This document shows, in pieces, positions 1 to 9,035 of a stretch of DNA of 64,000 bases. This stretch comes from Barthelona sp. PCE (Eukaryota), in the NCBI GenBank assembly GCA_040285745.1, contig JAUFOR010000008.1, forward strand, positions 806,001-870,000, written 5' to 3'. Within the stretch, counting starts at the first letter, position 1, and each line of letters begins with the position of its first letter. Below the pieces are notes generated by a model, which saw nothing but the letters and a program-made list of their open reading frames with translations, was not told the origin of the DNA and ran no database searches. Both the position numbers and the translations under genes were made by a program.

Positions 1-1078
1 ATCTTGTTAAATGATCCAGATCTATTCTGGGAACGGATGGTGGCCTCATATGGCGGACAAATACCCTCCTATTTTCAGGATACCGAGGGTCGCGCAGTAT
101 TTGCGCAAATGCGCCATCATCCTTTTCTAATTCTATGTTTGGATCAATTTCATGCATTTTGTCAAATCTGTTAAGATCGTTTGCAACCTGTTCTGCAAGT
201 ATTTTCTTTCTTCTGTTCTTTTTCTCGATTTCACCCTTTTCTAGTTTTCTAAACGTCTTCTTTTCCTTTAACCTATCAACGGGGCGGGCATATCTCAGCT
301 CAGGTGAGACAAGCTGTATACGTAGTTTGTCAATCCTCTTCACCTTCTGCGGTGTGTGAGTCTTCGGTAAATCTATTTCCCTAAATGTTCTTGACATCGT
401 TCTACACGACACAGGCCGCACAGTTCGCGACGTCTGACTGAGTCTACTTGTCACTCTCGAACTCTGTGGTGATTTAATATAGGCGTGTAAATCTTGTGTT
501 AATGTGGCGCTTCTCGGTCTGATATGACGCTTACTCAATTTTGGAGACGAAGGTTTTGTGCGGTCTCGAGCACTCTTTACCCTATTGTACTTCTTCTTTT
601 CAATTTGGTGCCCAATCACAGTTTGTTGAAATTGACGGTGAATGACCTCCTTCCGCTCCCTCTTGGTACGCTCTTCCTCTTCCTCACGAGCATACTCATC
701 CTCTAAGCGACGCTCTATTTGCTTGATTGCAAAGAGATCGAGATAGTCCTCGTCTCTGTGGAAGTCAGGCTTGATCCCATGGAAGACCCCGGTGGCTCGC
801 GGCGTTTTAACCTTATTCTCAAGATGTTCATTGGCTTTGGCACGTCTTTTGAAAGATTTTCGTGCTCTCTGTCTGAATTTCTTATTTTCTTTCTGCTTAC
901 GGCGCTTTGCGTTTTCTATGTCCCTTAATTCTTCTTTACGAATTCGTTCTAAGGACTGTTTGTGTAGTTTGTAATTTTGAAATTGACGATGATATGCCGA
1001 TAACGCATCAAAATTTGCCCACAAAGATTCATCAGACCACAACTCGCGCCAGGTCTTAGGGCGCGGTTTGTCGTTCAT
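1..1078 (-). CDS. hypothetical basic, coiled-coil-rich protein (3' end runs off the window)
   Basis: Manual translation from the ATG at 1078 (MNDKPRPKTWRELWSDESLW...) is stop-free to the window edge, about 359 codons, rich in K/R/E. It is missing from the ORF track because no stop lies in the window; the short + strand ORFs here are its antisense shadows. Confidence 0.75.
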   Translation of the reverse strand, partial: MNDKPRPKTWRELWSDESLWANFDALSAYHRQFQNYKLHKQSLERIRKEELRDIENAKRRKQKENKKFRQRARKSFKRRAKANEHLENKVKTPRATGVFHGIKPDFHRDEDYLDLFAIKQIERRLEDEYAREEEEERTKRERKEVIHRQFQQTVIGHQIEKKKYNRVKSARDRTKPSSPKLSKRHIRPRSATLTQDLHAYIKSPQSSRVTSRLSQTSRTVRPVSCRTMSRTFREIDLPKTHTPQKVKRIDKLRIQLVSPELRYARPVDRLKEKKTFRKLEKGEIEKKNRRKKILAEQVANDLNRFDKMHEIDPNIELEKDDGAFAQILRDPRYPENRRVFVRHMRPPSVPRIDLDHLTR

Positions 1079-1257
1079 TGTGAAAAGGGATTATATATCG
1101 TTTGCACTATTTGCCTAATTATTAGGTCGTTGAGTGGCTCTCACTGGAATTTTTTCCCATTGCAACACTATCTTCATGATAATAAGTATATTTTTTTTGA
1201 TTCAGCTTTCCTACCCTCTTTTTACCGTGCATTTTAAGTAGTTTTTTTTTCTACTGG

Positions 1258-2493
1258 GTGAAGCATGACCGATCAGTGAAAGAAGAGAGGTTTACATTTG
1301 CAGCAAGTGTAAGAACCCCTAAATCATTGGGGAATTTTCTTGAATTTATCAACTCAAATGATTTTGTGGGTCTGATATTGGGAACTACAGCCGATGCAAC
1401 ACATGTTGAATATTTTATTAGCATATTAGTGCGTCACGCTATTCAATTTAGAAATTCTACAGATTTTGAGGAATTTCGATGGTTTTGCGAAACTTTTCAT
1501 CAAAAGTTATCAGCAAATAGGAGGTATTATTACGCTGCAGTTGCATTAGAAAGGCTAATTTATACATTGGGAGGATTTCAGAGTGATAATAGGGAACCTG
1601 ATCGCTTTCCTCTGTTTAAACTTCTGTTGGAGCACTCATCCATGATGGAACAGCTTTGGACACATATAAATTCAGCAAAGAACAATACAAGTACATCACA
1701 AAGCCAACTTTTTGGTTTTGGCTCGCAGATGGCTTTTGGAAGCTCTCAAATGGATTCAGCAACTACCGACACCGATCGTCTCATACGAGAAGCACATAGA
1801 ATCCTTACTGTTTCAAAGGAAATGTTCAAAGAGCATACATCGTTTGCTATTCCAACTTTGTGTCTTAGCTTTTATGTTGGTTTTTACTTTGGTGAGTGGG
1901 AATATGACGTGTTAGCGCCTCAGATCGAGGTTATTGAGGCCAACGCTTCTTTGTTTCCGTCTTTTTCAAATTTTCTTCCCTTTTATCTTTACTATGATGT
2001 TGAGGTATGTGCAATGTACGCAATCGGCCTTTTGGAAAGCGGTGTTGTTAACGAAACCGTTCTGGCAAGCGTTATATTCATGATACAGACCGAAAGCATC
2101 AGCGACGATCAGTTGATCGCAATCAAGAACTTGTTGGTTGATGCATTAATGATGCGCATGTGCGACGTTAGTATTACGTCGAAAATAGTGTACGCTCTAC
2201 AGCATGTTGGTCTCACACCAGGTGACGATGATGCACTCACCGAACATATACGATATATCAATTTTGGAGCGCTTAAGCGTCGTATTGAACATGTGAATGG
2301 AAAACTCAACGTGAAACAAGCGGTGTTGCCGATCGTTGCGTTGTTGCGTTGGATGAAAAACATCGGTTTTCAGATTCGAACTCCCGCTTCTGTGTATATC
2401 AAGGCTGAAAAGGTCGACTTTGACTTCTGCGCATCTATTCGATCCAACGTGTTTGCATCCCAACTTACTTCTGAAGACTATCCAGTCGAATAA
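1258..2493 (+). CDS. hypothetical, largely helical protein; true start uncertain
   Basis: 411-codon open frame. The listed start is GTG and the first in-frame ATG is about 128 codons in, so a small 5' intron or other start is likely. Contains an SQ/FG patch (SQSQLFGFGSQMAFGSSQ). Confidence 0.65.
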   Translation: MKHDRSVKEERFTFAASVRTPKSLGNFLEFINSNDFVGLILGTTADATHVEYFISILVRHAIQFRNSTDFEEFRWFCETFHQKLSANRRYYYAAVALERLIYTLGGFQSDNREPDRFPLFKLLLEHSSMMEQLWTHINSAKNNTSTSQSQLFGFGSQMAFGSSQMDSATTDTDRLIREAHRILTVSKEMFKEHTSFAIPTLCLSFYVGFYFGEWEYDVLAPQIEVIEANASLFPSFSNFLPFYLYYDVEVCAMYAIGLLESGVVNETVLASVIFMIQTESISDDQLIAIKNLLVDALMMRMCDVSITSKIVYALQHVGLTPGDDDALTEHIRYINFGALKRRIEHVNGKLNVKQAVLPIVALLRWMKNIGFQIRTPASVYIKAEKVDFDFCASIRSNVFASQLTSEDYPVE

Positions 2494-3864
2494 TTATTTG
2501 GTTGGGGGCGGGGACTGCAGCGATCCTACATCTCGGGTCCTATTCTGTACAACAACGCCCACGACATCTCTCGGGCTCCCAATGCGATCGGTGAGCTCGT
2601 CCATTTCACTCTGCTGTGTATGTTCCCCTATTGGCATGAGGAAAGCTGGCATGTCTGTTGCTTCCTCCTTCGGTTCAGCCGACTTCACTCTGAAGTATGG
2701 GGGCACAACCAGCCCCTTGACGCGCGGCAGAACCATGTAGTTGTCAGGCCAACACTCCAAGATAATCGGCTTCAAACACTCCTTGATGGTCTTCCGTATG
2801 GTCATTGAACTAACCTGGAATATGTTGCCCACGGTCTTCTGTGGTGCCTTAACCCTCTCACTACGAGCTATGATGTAAAGAGCACAAGCACCGTATGTAC
2901 CGCTGTTGATGCGACGCGAGGATGACAACCTTGCATGTAGATTCTTTGCAAAGGCAACCACGTGCGGAACAGACTCTTCAGGGAGTCCCACAGTCTTGCA
3001 AGCGGAAGGAATCAACGCGATCATGTCTTGTGTGGCCTTTGTCATAACCACCTCATCACCATACGTCGCTGTCGCCACTGCCTTATCTGCAAAGAGGGAG
3101 ACTATGCTGTCCAGCTGCATTTGGTCAATGTGGAACAGCTTCTGTATTGTGTCCGTCTGGTTGGTCTCAGTAGCCTTGATCAGCGCGCTCACAATGGAAG
3201 TTATGGTCACACTGTCGAGCATATTTCTCGGCTTCGTGCGGTTCCATAGCCCTATTGATGCAAACAGTGTCTTACAGATGAATTTAAAGTGGTTGAACTG
3301 GAAACCAAGGAAATGCTGCGCGTCTGCCACAATTGAACTTCCCAGGATAAGAACTCTAGTGCACTGCGGGGTCAGTAGGGCGTCGCCGAGCTCGAAACGA
3401 GAGGGTAGACTGAGGGATTGGCTTGCTTTTTGAGAGAACATATCAAAGTGTTGGAAGACCTTATTCGTTACAGGATCGATATTCTCAACATCAACGAGGT
3501 AAGGCAGGCTGATTGGGACCGCATCACTTACGAAATAACCCACGGACAGCTTTTCTTCATCCTCGCTAAACTGACCCATCAGTTCATTTAGTCCCTCGTT
3601 CTGCACATCTTGCATATCGGGAAGATCGCACGATGGTTGGATCTGGAACACCTTAGACGGTAACCCCAGGACGAAGTCTACCCAAAAGGGGAGTTCATTC
3701 ACTGATTCGAAGATGTTGTGGCAGCTACTGCATACAAGAAGGTACTGGTTCGGAAAAAGCGAGTTGTCAATGAACGTTTTTGTTGATTGGCAATAAGGGC
3801 AGCTATTTTCAAGAAAATTTGTTATCGAAACGTCTTCAACACTCTCCTGGTTGGCGGTAAGCAT
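2494..3864 (-). CDS. divergent TFIIB-family transcription initiation factor
   Basis: N-terminal zinc ribbon CPYC-x19-CSSC, followed by a WxxF reader remnant. The C-terminal cyclin-fold repeat (LIPSACKTVGLP...GACALYI...QKTVGNIFQVSSMTIRKTIKE) matches TFIIB repeat 2. Confidence 0.7.
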   Translation of the reverse strand: MLTANQESVEDVSITNFLENSCPYCQSTKTFIDNSLFPNQYLLVCSSCHNIFESVNELPFWVDFVLGLPSKVFQIQPSCDLPDMQDVQNEGLNELMGQFSEDEEKLSVGYFVSDAVPISLPYLVDVENIDPVTNKVFQHFDMFSQKASQSLSLPSRFELGDALLTPQCTRVLILGSSIVADAQHFLGFQFNHFKFICKTLFASIGLWNRTKPRNMLDSVTITSIVSALIKATETNQTDTIQKLFHIDQMQLDSIVSLFADKAVATATYGDEVVMTKATQDMIALIPSACKTVGLPEESVPHVVAFAKNLHARLSSSRRINSGTYGACALYIIARSERVKAPQKTVGNIFQVSSMTIRKTIKECLKPIILECWPDNYMVLPRVKGLVVPPYFRVKSAEPKEEATDMPAFLMPIGEHTQQSEMDELTDRIGSPRDVVGVVVQNRTRDVGSLQSPPPTK

Positions 3865-4180
3865 TTTTTATCAAATTTCCGTTCTAGGAACAAAATTATA
3901 TGGCCCTGAAAATGAGAAATGGAAGAATAAAAGCGACTCAAGCCATACTTCAGTTGTGTATTTTTGCGGTTGATATGATGTGCAAAATATATACTTACAC
4001 TCTCAAAAGCAGTCAAAAAATGTGAAAAACATTAGTTCGAAGATATTACAACGTTTCTATTTTGAACTGCACGTTTTTGTCATTTTTTTACAGTACAAGG
4101 TATTGATTGTTCCGAAAATCCACATTCAAAATTATATATTGTTGAATTAAACCTTCTTTACTTCACTCAACGGATTCCAT

Positions 4181-5005
4181 CTAATATTCCCTCTTTTTGA
4201 GGTCCTTCAGCAGCCCATTGTATCTGTTACGCATCCTGGCTTGCATATTGCTCTTTGTCGCCTTAACATGATAATTTAAGAACGATCTGAACAGGATGAC
4301 TGAATTAATGCAGTTATCTCTGTTCACTTCATCCTCCAAGTGCTGTTCGTACATGCCGATGCTAACATACCCAACGGAAGGACGTTTATGTGTGCTGGCC
4401 AACAGTGATTGAACTTCGATAACTGGGGTGGCAGAAAAAGCCAGACGAGGATATATTCTATACTTGTTATCGCGTGACATGGCGTCAAATTCATTGACAA
4501 ATACCTTGATGATCTCTTTCTCTACAGAATCAGTAGAACTGAGCTCAAAATACACAGTTAATCCCTTATCGTCCAAGAGAGGTAACAAGTACGTCGCTAG
4601 GCCGTTTGTGTGTGTGATCACTATGGGTTCTGTTTGTGTTTGATCGATAAGACTCATGTATGGGTGTGCATAGAAAGACTTCTTGAAACACATAACTTTT
4701 TCGAATACTGTTTCATCTGCAAGCTGTGCAAGGCTCACTTCGATCGCTAGCTGGCAATCTCCCTCCGGCTGACACATCCACTCGGCATATTCAGTGGAAA
4801 TAAAATCCAAAGCTCCAGCATTCACGTAATCGCTCATCTCAGCAACAAACATGGACAACTTGATCTTTTCGAGCCCTTCGTTGGTTGAAAGAATAAAATA
4901 ACATTCCCCAAAGTCGTCAATTCTACAGTTGGTGTATGTTGGATCTGCTACAAGACTTTTCAACCGTTCCTCAAGAGTTTTGCACCGGATTTCCAAGTCG
5001 AACAT
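4181..5005 (-). CDS. ARPC2: Arp2/3 complex subunit 2 (p34-Arc)
   Basis: C-terminal FRSFLNYHVKATKSNMQARMR matches the ARPC2 signature FRxYLHYHIKxSKAYxHxRMR; also contains IDDF and VGYVS motifs. ATG at 5005. Confidence 0.9.
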   Translation of the reverse strand: MFDLEIRCKTLEERLKSLVADPTYTNCRIDDFGECYFILSTNEGLEKIKLSMFVAEMSDYVNAGALDFISTEYAEWMCQPEGDCQLAIEVSLAQLADETVFEKVMCFKKSFYAHPYMSLIDQTQTEPIVITHTNGLATYLLPLLDDKGLTVYFELSSTDSVEKEIIKVFVNEFDAMSRDNKYRIYPRLAFSATPVIEVQSLLASTHKRPSVGYVSIGMYEQHLEDEVNRDNCINSVILFRSFLNYHVKATKSNMQARMRNRYNGLLKDLKKREY

Positions 5006-5084
5006 GTTAAAATGATTCCTGATATGGATAATAAACGATATTTCACTTGTGAAACGTTTTCTCACCTTATTTTTGGTTATTCTG

Positions 5085-6788
5085 ATGGTTCCACAACAAC
5101 ATAAGCATCAGAAACCTCCACACAAGCACAATAGGAAGGTGCACGACAAAAACAAAAGAGGGAAGCATCAACATAATCGCAGAGCTAAGTACTCTCGACC
5201 TCACATGCCTCACCAGCAACATATGCCGCACCAGCAGCCGGGATATAACAAACCAGTCCGCCATCATGCACCACATTCCAATAACAACCAGAATTGGGTG
5301 AATCCTGGTAGCAGGACTCATTCCGTACAGCACCAGCACCAACCCCGTGTGCATACCCCGCAGGGCATACCACCGAAGATGGGGCGTTACGGTCCACCCA
5401 CCCCTCATTCTCCACACGCACCAACAAGTCCACATATGCAACGTACGCCTCGCCCGGCCGCTGTGATGCGCCCTACACCCGCAGCGAAACCCTCTAAACC
5501 TAAAAATGTGATTAAGAAGCCAGTCGAGATCCTTGATGAAGGTAAGTCCTCTGACGATTATTTAAACGAAATCCAGCATCTTGGTCTAAAGGTGGTCCCT
5601 CGTCTGAACTCTAGAATCATCGAATTGCGTGCTGAGCGTGATATAATATCCCAGAGAGTCAAACAGCTGGAGATGGGTATTGTCATCACCGATGAAGCAA
5701 AGGCGAACAAGTTGACGCTCCTGAGGCCCGACGAGCACGTGGTTAGAGTTCTTCTGAACAACAGGCTGAATTCAATCCATTCACAAGCGGCACTGTACGC
5801 TGACCAGGACGATATGTGGCGCAGCAAGATGCAATCGCTGCAGAAACATGTCTCCGCGACAGAAGACCTGTGTAAGGCCGACATTGTCGACGGAGACGGA
5901 GTCAATATGGCCGGATTTTTCAAGGATTTTGGATGTGAGAACACTGTTTTTTCACATTTACTGAAGGCTAAGAAGCGCAACATCAATTACGTCCACGAGA
6001 ACGCAAAGAGAACGATGGAGGAAACAACGGCTAGAGAGTCAATACTCCGATCGTTTGTGCAGAGAAAGTTAGAGAACGTTGCTTTGAGACGCAGCAGGGA
6101 GGTTATATACAGCGAGCTGCGCACGAACTTGCTCAACGAGTATCGCCAGTCGCACTTTGGGACGTTCGAAGAGGATGAAATCCCAGCAACCCACCCGAAT
6201 CTGTTGAAGAACGAAACGATGGCAGAGTACGAGGAACGTATGCGCCGTGCGGCCCAGCAGCCAGTGTACTGGTATCTCCCACCAAAGCCATATTCTCATC
6301 TTATACCGCACACTGATCTTTACTACAGTAAGTCGGCTCCCACTCCGTATCAGAAGCCCCAAGAGGAGATGGAACGTGTCTCATACAAGGATGAGACAGG
6401 ACTTGTGCGTGACCCCGTTGGTGAGTACATCCGTACACGTATGCGTCTCTCGTGTTGGACACCAGAACAGCTGTCGATATTGTATGATCGGTTTTATTTT
6501 AAGAGCCACAATTTCAAGCACAAGCAGTTTTCGGAGATTGCAAAGGATATTCCAGGTAAGAATACAGGCGATGTAGTTGATTTTTACTACATGAATAAGC
6601 ACAGAATAAGCCTGAAGAAGAATTTCTTAGTCTCAAAGATGGAGTATAAGAAGTTTAAGCACCATAAGCACAATCCATTACCACAATCCGAGATCAGGAA
6701 CCCGAAAAATACATTTTGTCTGGGTCTTCGTTTGGCAGAATCATATCCAGATCCTAATGTTATCATTGATAAGACAAGATATAAGTAA
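5085..6788 (+). CDS. NCoR/SMRT/Snt1-like SANT-domain protein
   Basis: DETGLVRDP...WTPEQ...FSEIAKDIPGKNTGDVVDFYYMNK resembles the deacetylase-activating domain/SANT1 of NCoR. H/Q/P-rich disordered N-terminus. ATG at 5085. Confidence 0.7.
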   Translation: MVPQQHKHQKPPHKHNRKVHDKNKRGKHQHNRRAKYSRPHMPHQQHMPHQQPGYNKPVRHHAPHSNNNQNWVNPGSRTHSVQHQHQPRVHTPQGIPPKMGRYGPPTPHSPHAPTSPHMQRTPRPAAVMRPTPAAKPSKPKNVIKKPVEILDEGKSSDDYLNEIQHLGLKVVPRLNSRIIELRAERDIISQRVKQLEMGIVITDEAKANKLTLLRPDEHVVRVLLNNRLNSIHSQAALYADQDDMWRSKMQSLQKHVSATEDLCKADIVDGDGVNMAGFFKDFGCENTVFSHLLKAKKRNINYVHENAKRTMEETTARESILRSFVQRKLENVALRRSREVIYSELRTNLLNEYRQSHFGTFEEDEIPATHPNLLKNETMAEYEERMRRAAQQPVYWYLPPKPYSHLIPHTDLYYSKSAPTPYQKPQEEMERVSYKDETGLVRDPVGEYIRTRMRLSCWTPEQLSILYDRFYFKSHNFKHKQFSEIAKDIPGKNTGDVVDFYYMNKHRISLKKNFLVSKMEYKKFKHHKHNPLPQSEIRNPKNTFCLGLRLAESYPDPNVIIDKTRYK

Positions 6789-6831
6789 AGAAATCATTCC
6801 TCAGATTATTCATCACAAAAAGCAACTTTTT

Positions 6832-8526
6832 TTATTCGTAATGGTACACAAACTCAACCTCCTCTGCCTTTCTATCCTTATTGCCCCTGAGCCCTGTGAA
6901 GTATCTCTTGCGCGTTGGAGGTTGGGTGACGGCATCCGTCATAGTTTGGATCTCCGTCTCTCTCTGTGCCCATGTTTGAGTGTCGATACTCTGCCTAAAG
7001 AAAGACACATTCGTCTGCGTGGAGACAGTACGGCAGTTAAGTAATTTGACCAGCTTGAGTGCCCTGCGCCTGTACTCCCACAGTGAGCATGAGTACTGAG
7101 GATCCTTGTAACTCTCGATGGGATGCACCATTGTCTGCACAATCTGGTCCTTTTGATGGTGCTTGTGTCTGACGACGAATCCGTGGGTTGGCTGAGAGAA
7201 AGAGGTGAAGGGATAGTCTGATACTAGATCCAGTAGATGAACCATTTCAGGACGTTCCATAAGAAGATCGTAAACGTAGTCGATGTATGTTCTTGGATTC
7301 TGTGTAAAAAAAGATAGTGCGCCCTCGGTAGCAAACGCCAACTTGAATTGACCTAAAGTGGCAACGCCCAACTCTCGTCTGCCCTTGAGCAAAAGCCCTC
7401 TCTCCTTCAAGTGATAAAGATCATATCCTGCAAAGCTGAGCTTATCGGTGACTATAGTGGCGCGATCGACAATGACTGCATCTGGCTCGTCCGAATTGCT
7501 GATAGCAACTGCTTTGAGCGGAGGTGCTTCTTTCTCGTTGGGGATATGCCCCTGAGCAACGTCCATATCCTCCGGCCCAATAAGCGATGGTAGAGTCTGA
7601 TATGAGTGAACTAAGAACCTATACTTTTCCGCAGTGACAGAATATTCAGCCTTGAGATCATCTGTCTGTTTCCATAACTCATTAAAAGCGACGAAATTAG
7701 GGAAAATTTGGTTTTTGGGAACAGCTGTACGCTTAGAAACTGTATTTGTCATAGTCTTCAGCAAAGTTTCGATCTCAATGTTTAGACCGTCAAATTCCTG
7801 TTGCAGATGCTCAAATTTCACAAAAACCTCCTTGAAATACTCAATAACCTGCTGAACAAGCGTCTGTGCCATGTACAATGTCTGCAAGCTTCCACAAGAA
7901 GGTGTGGTGTTTGTATCCTGGCAATAACAAATAACGCTTTGGAAAATCTTGTCTTGCTCATCAGCCATTGAAATGAATGACTTGCAGCTATCCACCAGCT
8001 TGACAATTTCCGCTGAGATCACGTAAGGCAAAATCGATTTCACGTCTGCTGTATTCATGCCCATTGTACACTTGTTTAAGAGCAGAATTCCAGAGATAAT
8101 GGCACCGATCTCGAACAGCTGGTCCTTCTGGTCACCCTTGTTAAGCTTGAAGAATGATGCCATCTGTGAGAATGGCAGAACAGAAGAAATGGCCAGATCA
8201 ATATCCTTCTTTTCTTCTAATGTTGGCGATGGCTTGTCGAGATAGCAGTACGTGAACAGCTGCACATATTCATATGCATCCTTATGACTGGAACATCGTG
8301 AAAATGTGGAGAAAATTTGTGTAAGGGAACGCTCCTTCTTAATGAGCTTGGCCTCTTGGTCGTTTGTGTGCTTCTCCAGAATATCATCATACTGCTTCTG
8401 TAGAAGTAACGCAGTGTCTTGCGGAGTGAATGTCGCTCCATCTAGACGCTTCAATGCTTGGTCCCATATCTTTCGATTAAACACGATCTTTACGGTCGTT
8501 GTGCTTCTCTTTTTTTCTTCTGACAT
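6832..8526 (-). CDS. CFAP206: cilia- and flagella-associated protein 206
   Basis: Characteristic C-terminus QTMVHPIESYKDPQY...WEYRRRALKL...TVSTQTNVSFFR...TQT...YFTGLRG; also QLFEIGAIISGILLLNK and AVPKNQIFPNF. Confidence 0.85.
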   Translation of the reverse strand: MSEEKKRSTTTVKIVFNRKIWDQALKRLDGATFTPQDTALLLQKQYDDILEKHTNDQEAKLIKKERSLTQIFSTFSRCSSHKDAYEYVQLFTYCYLDKPSPTLEEKKDIDLAISSVLPFSQMASFFKLNKGDQKDQLFEIGAIISGILLLNKCTMGMNTADVKSILPYVISAEIVKLVDSCKSFISMADEQDKIFQSVICYCQDTNTTPSCGSLQTLYMAQTLVQQVIEYFKEVFVKFEHLQQEFDGLNIEIETLLKTMTNTVSKRTAVPKNQIFPNFVAFNELWKQTDDLKAEYSVTAEKYRFLVHSYQTLPSLIGPEDMDVAQGHIPNEKEAPPLKAVAISNSDEPDAVIVDRATIVTDKLSFAGYDLYHLKERGLLLKGRRELGVATLGQFKLAFATEGALSFFTQNPRTYIDYVYDLLMERPEMVHLLDLVSDYPFTSFSQPTHGFVVRHKHHQKDQIVQTMVHPIESYKDPQYSCSLWEYRRRALKLVKLLNCRTVSTQTNVSFFRQSIDTQTWAQRETEIQTMTDAVTQPPTRKRYFTGLRGNKDRKAEEVEFVYHYE

Positions 8527-9035
8527 GAGTGGATGAGGAGAAAAACTTGAAAACGGATATATTATATTTCCGTTTGTTTCTTGATACAGATGAGGTTAAA
8601 CTATTGTGTATATTCGATTTCGGATATTCATTTATTTTTGCAACATCAATATGGTTGTTTTTTCTATTCTTGGTTTATGATATTTTTTGTGGATCTTTAA
8701 TGACAATTCATGGAGATAAATGGAATTTAATACGATAATTTGAAGGATAGAGTTTTAACACTGATCATATTCATCATATTGTTTTTTAAGTATGTTTAGA
8801 AGCAATTTTTTCTGCTTAAGTTGTGGCACAGATACAAATTTGTTTAATCTATCGGGTTTTTTTGAAGAAAGGAAGTATTATTCTGTATTAGAGCTTTGGC
8901 GTAGACCTTGGCCAGGTATTTAAGGGAGTTCCCAAAGTTAGTTTTGCTATTATGACGTATTGCTTTCCAAGCGATTCATGCTCAATAGAGTTGTAATTAA
9001 TCAAGATACTCATTATAGAATTTTCAACTCTTTCA

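Noticed and set aside
3991-4000. ATACTTACAC resembling the U1 snRNA 5' end
   Set aside because: No convincing U1-70K loop, U1A loop or Sm site downstream.
8551-8575. AAACGGA/TCCGTTT inverted repeat upstream of CFAP206
   Set aside because: A single 7-bp stem is within chance expectation in AT-rich DNA.
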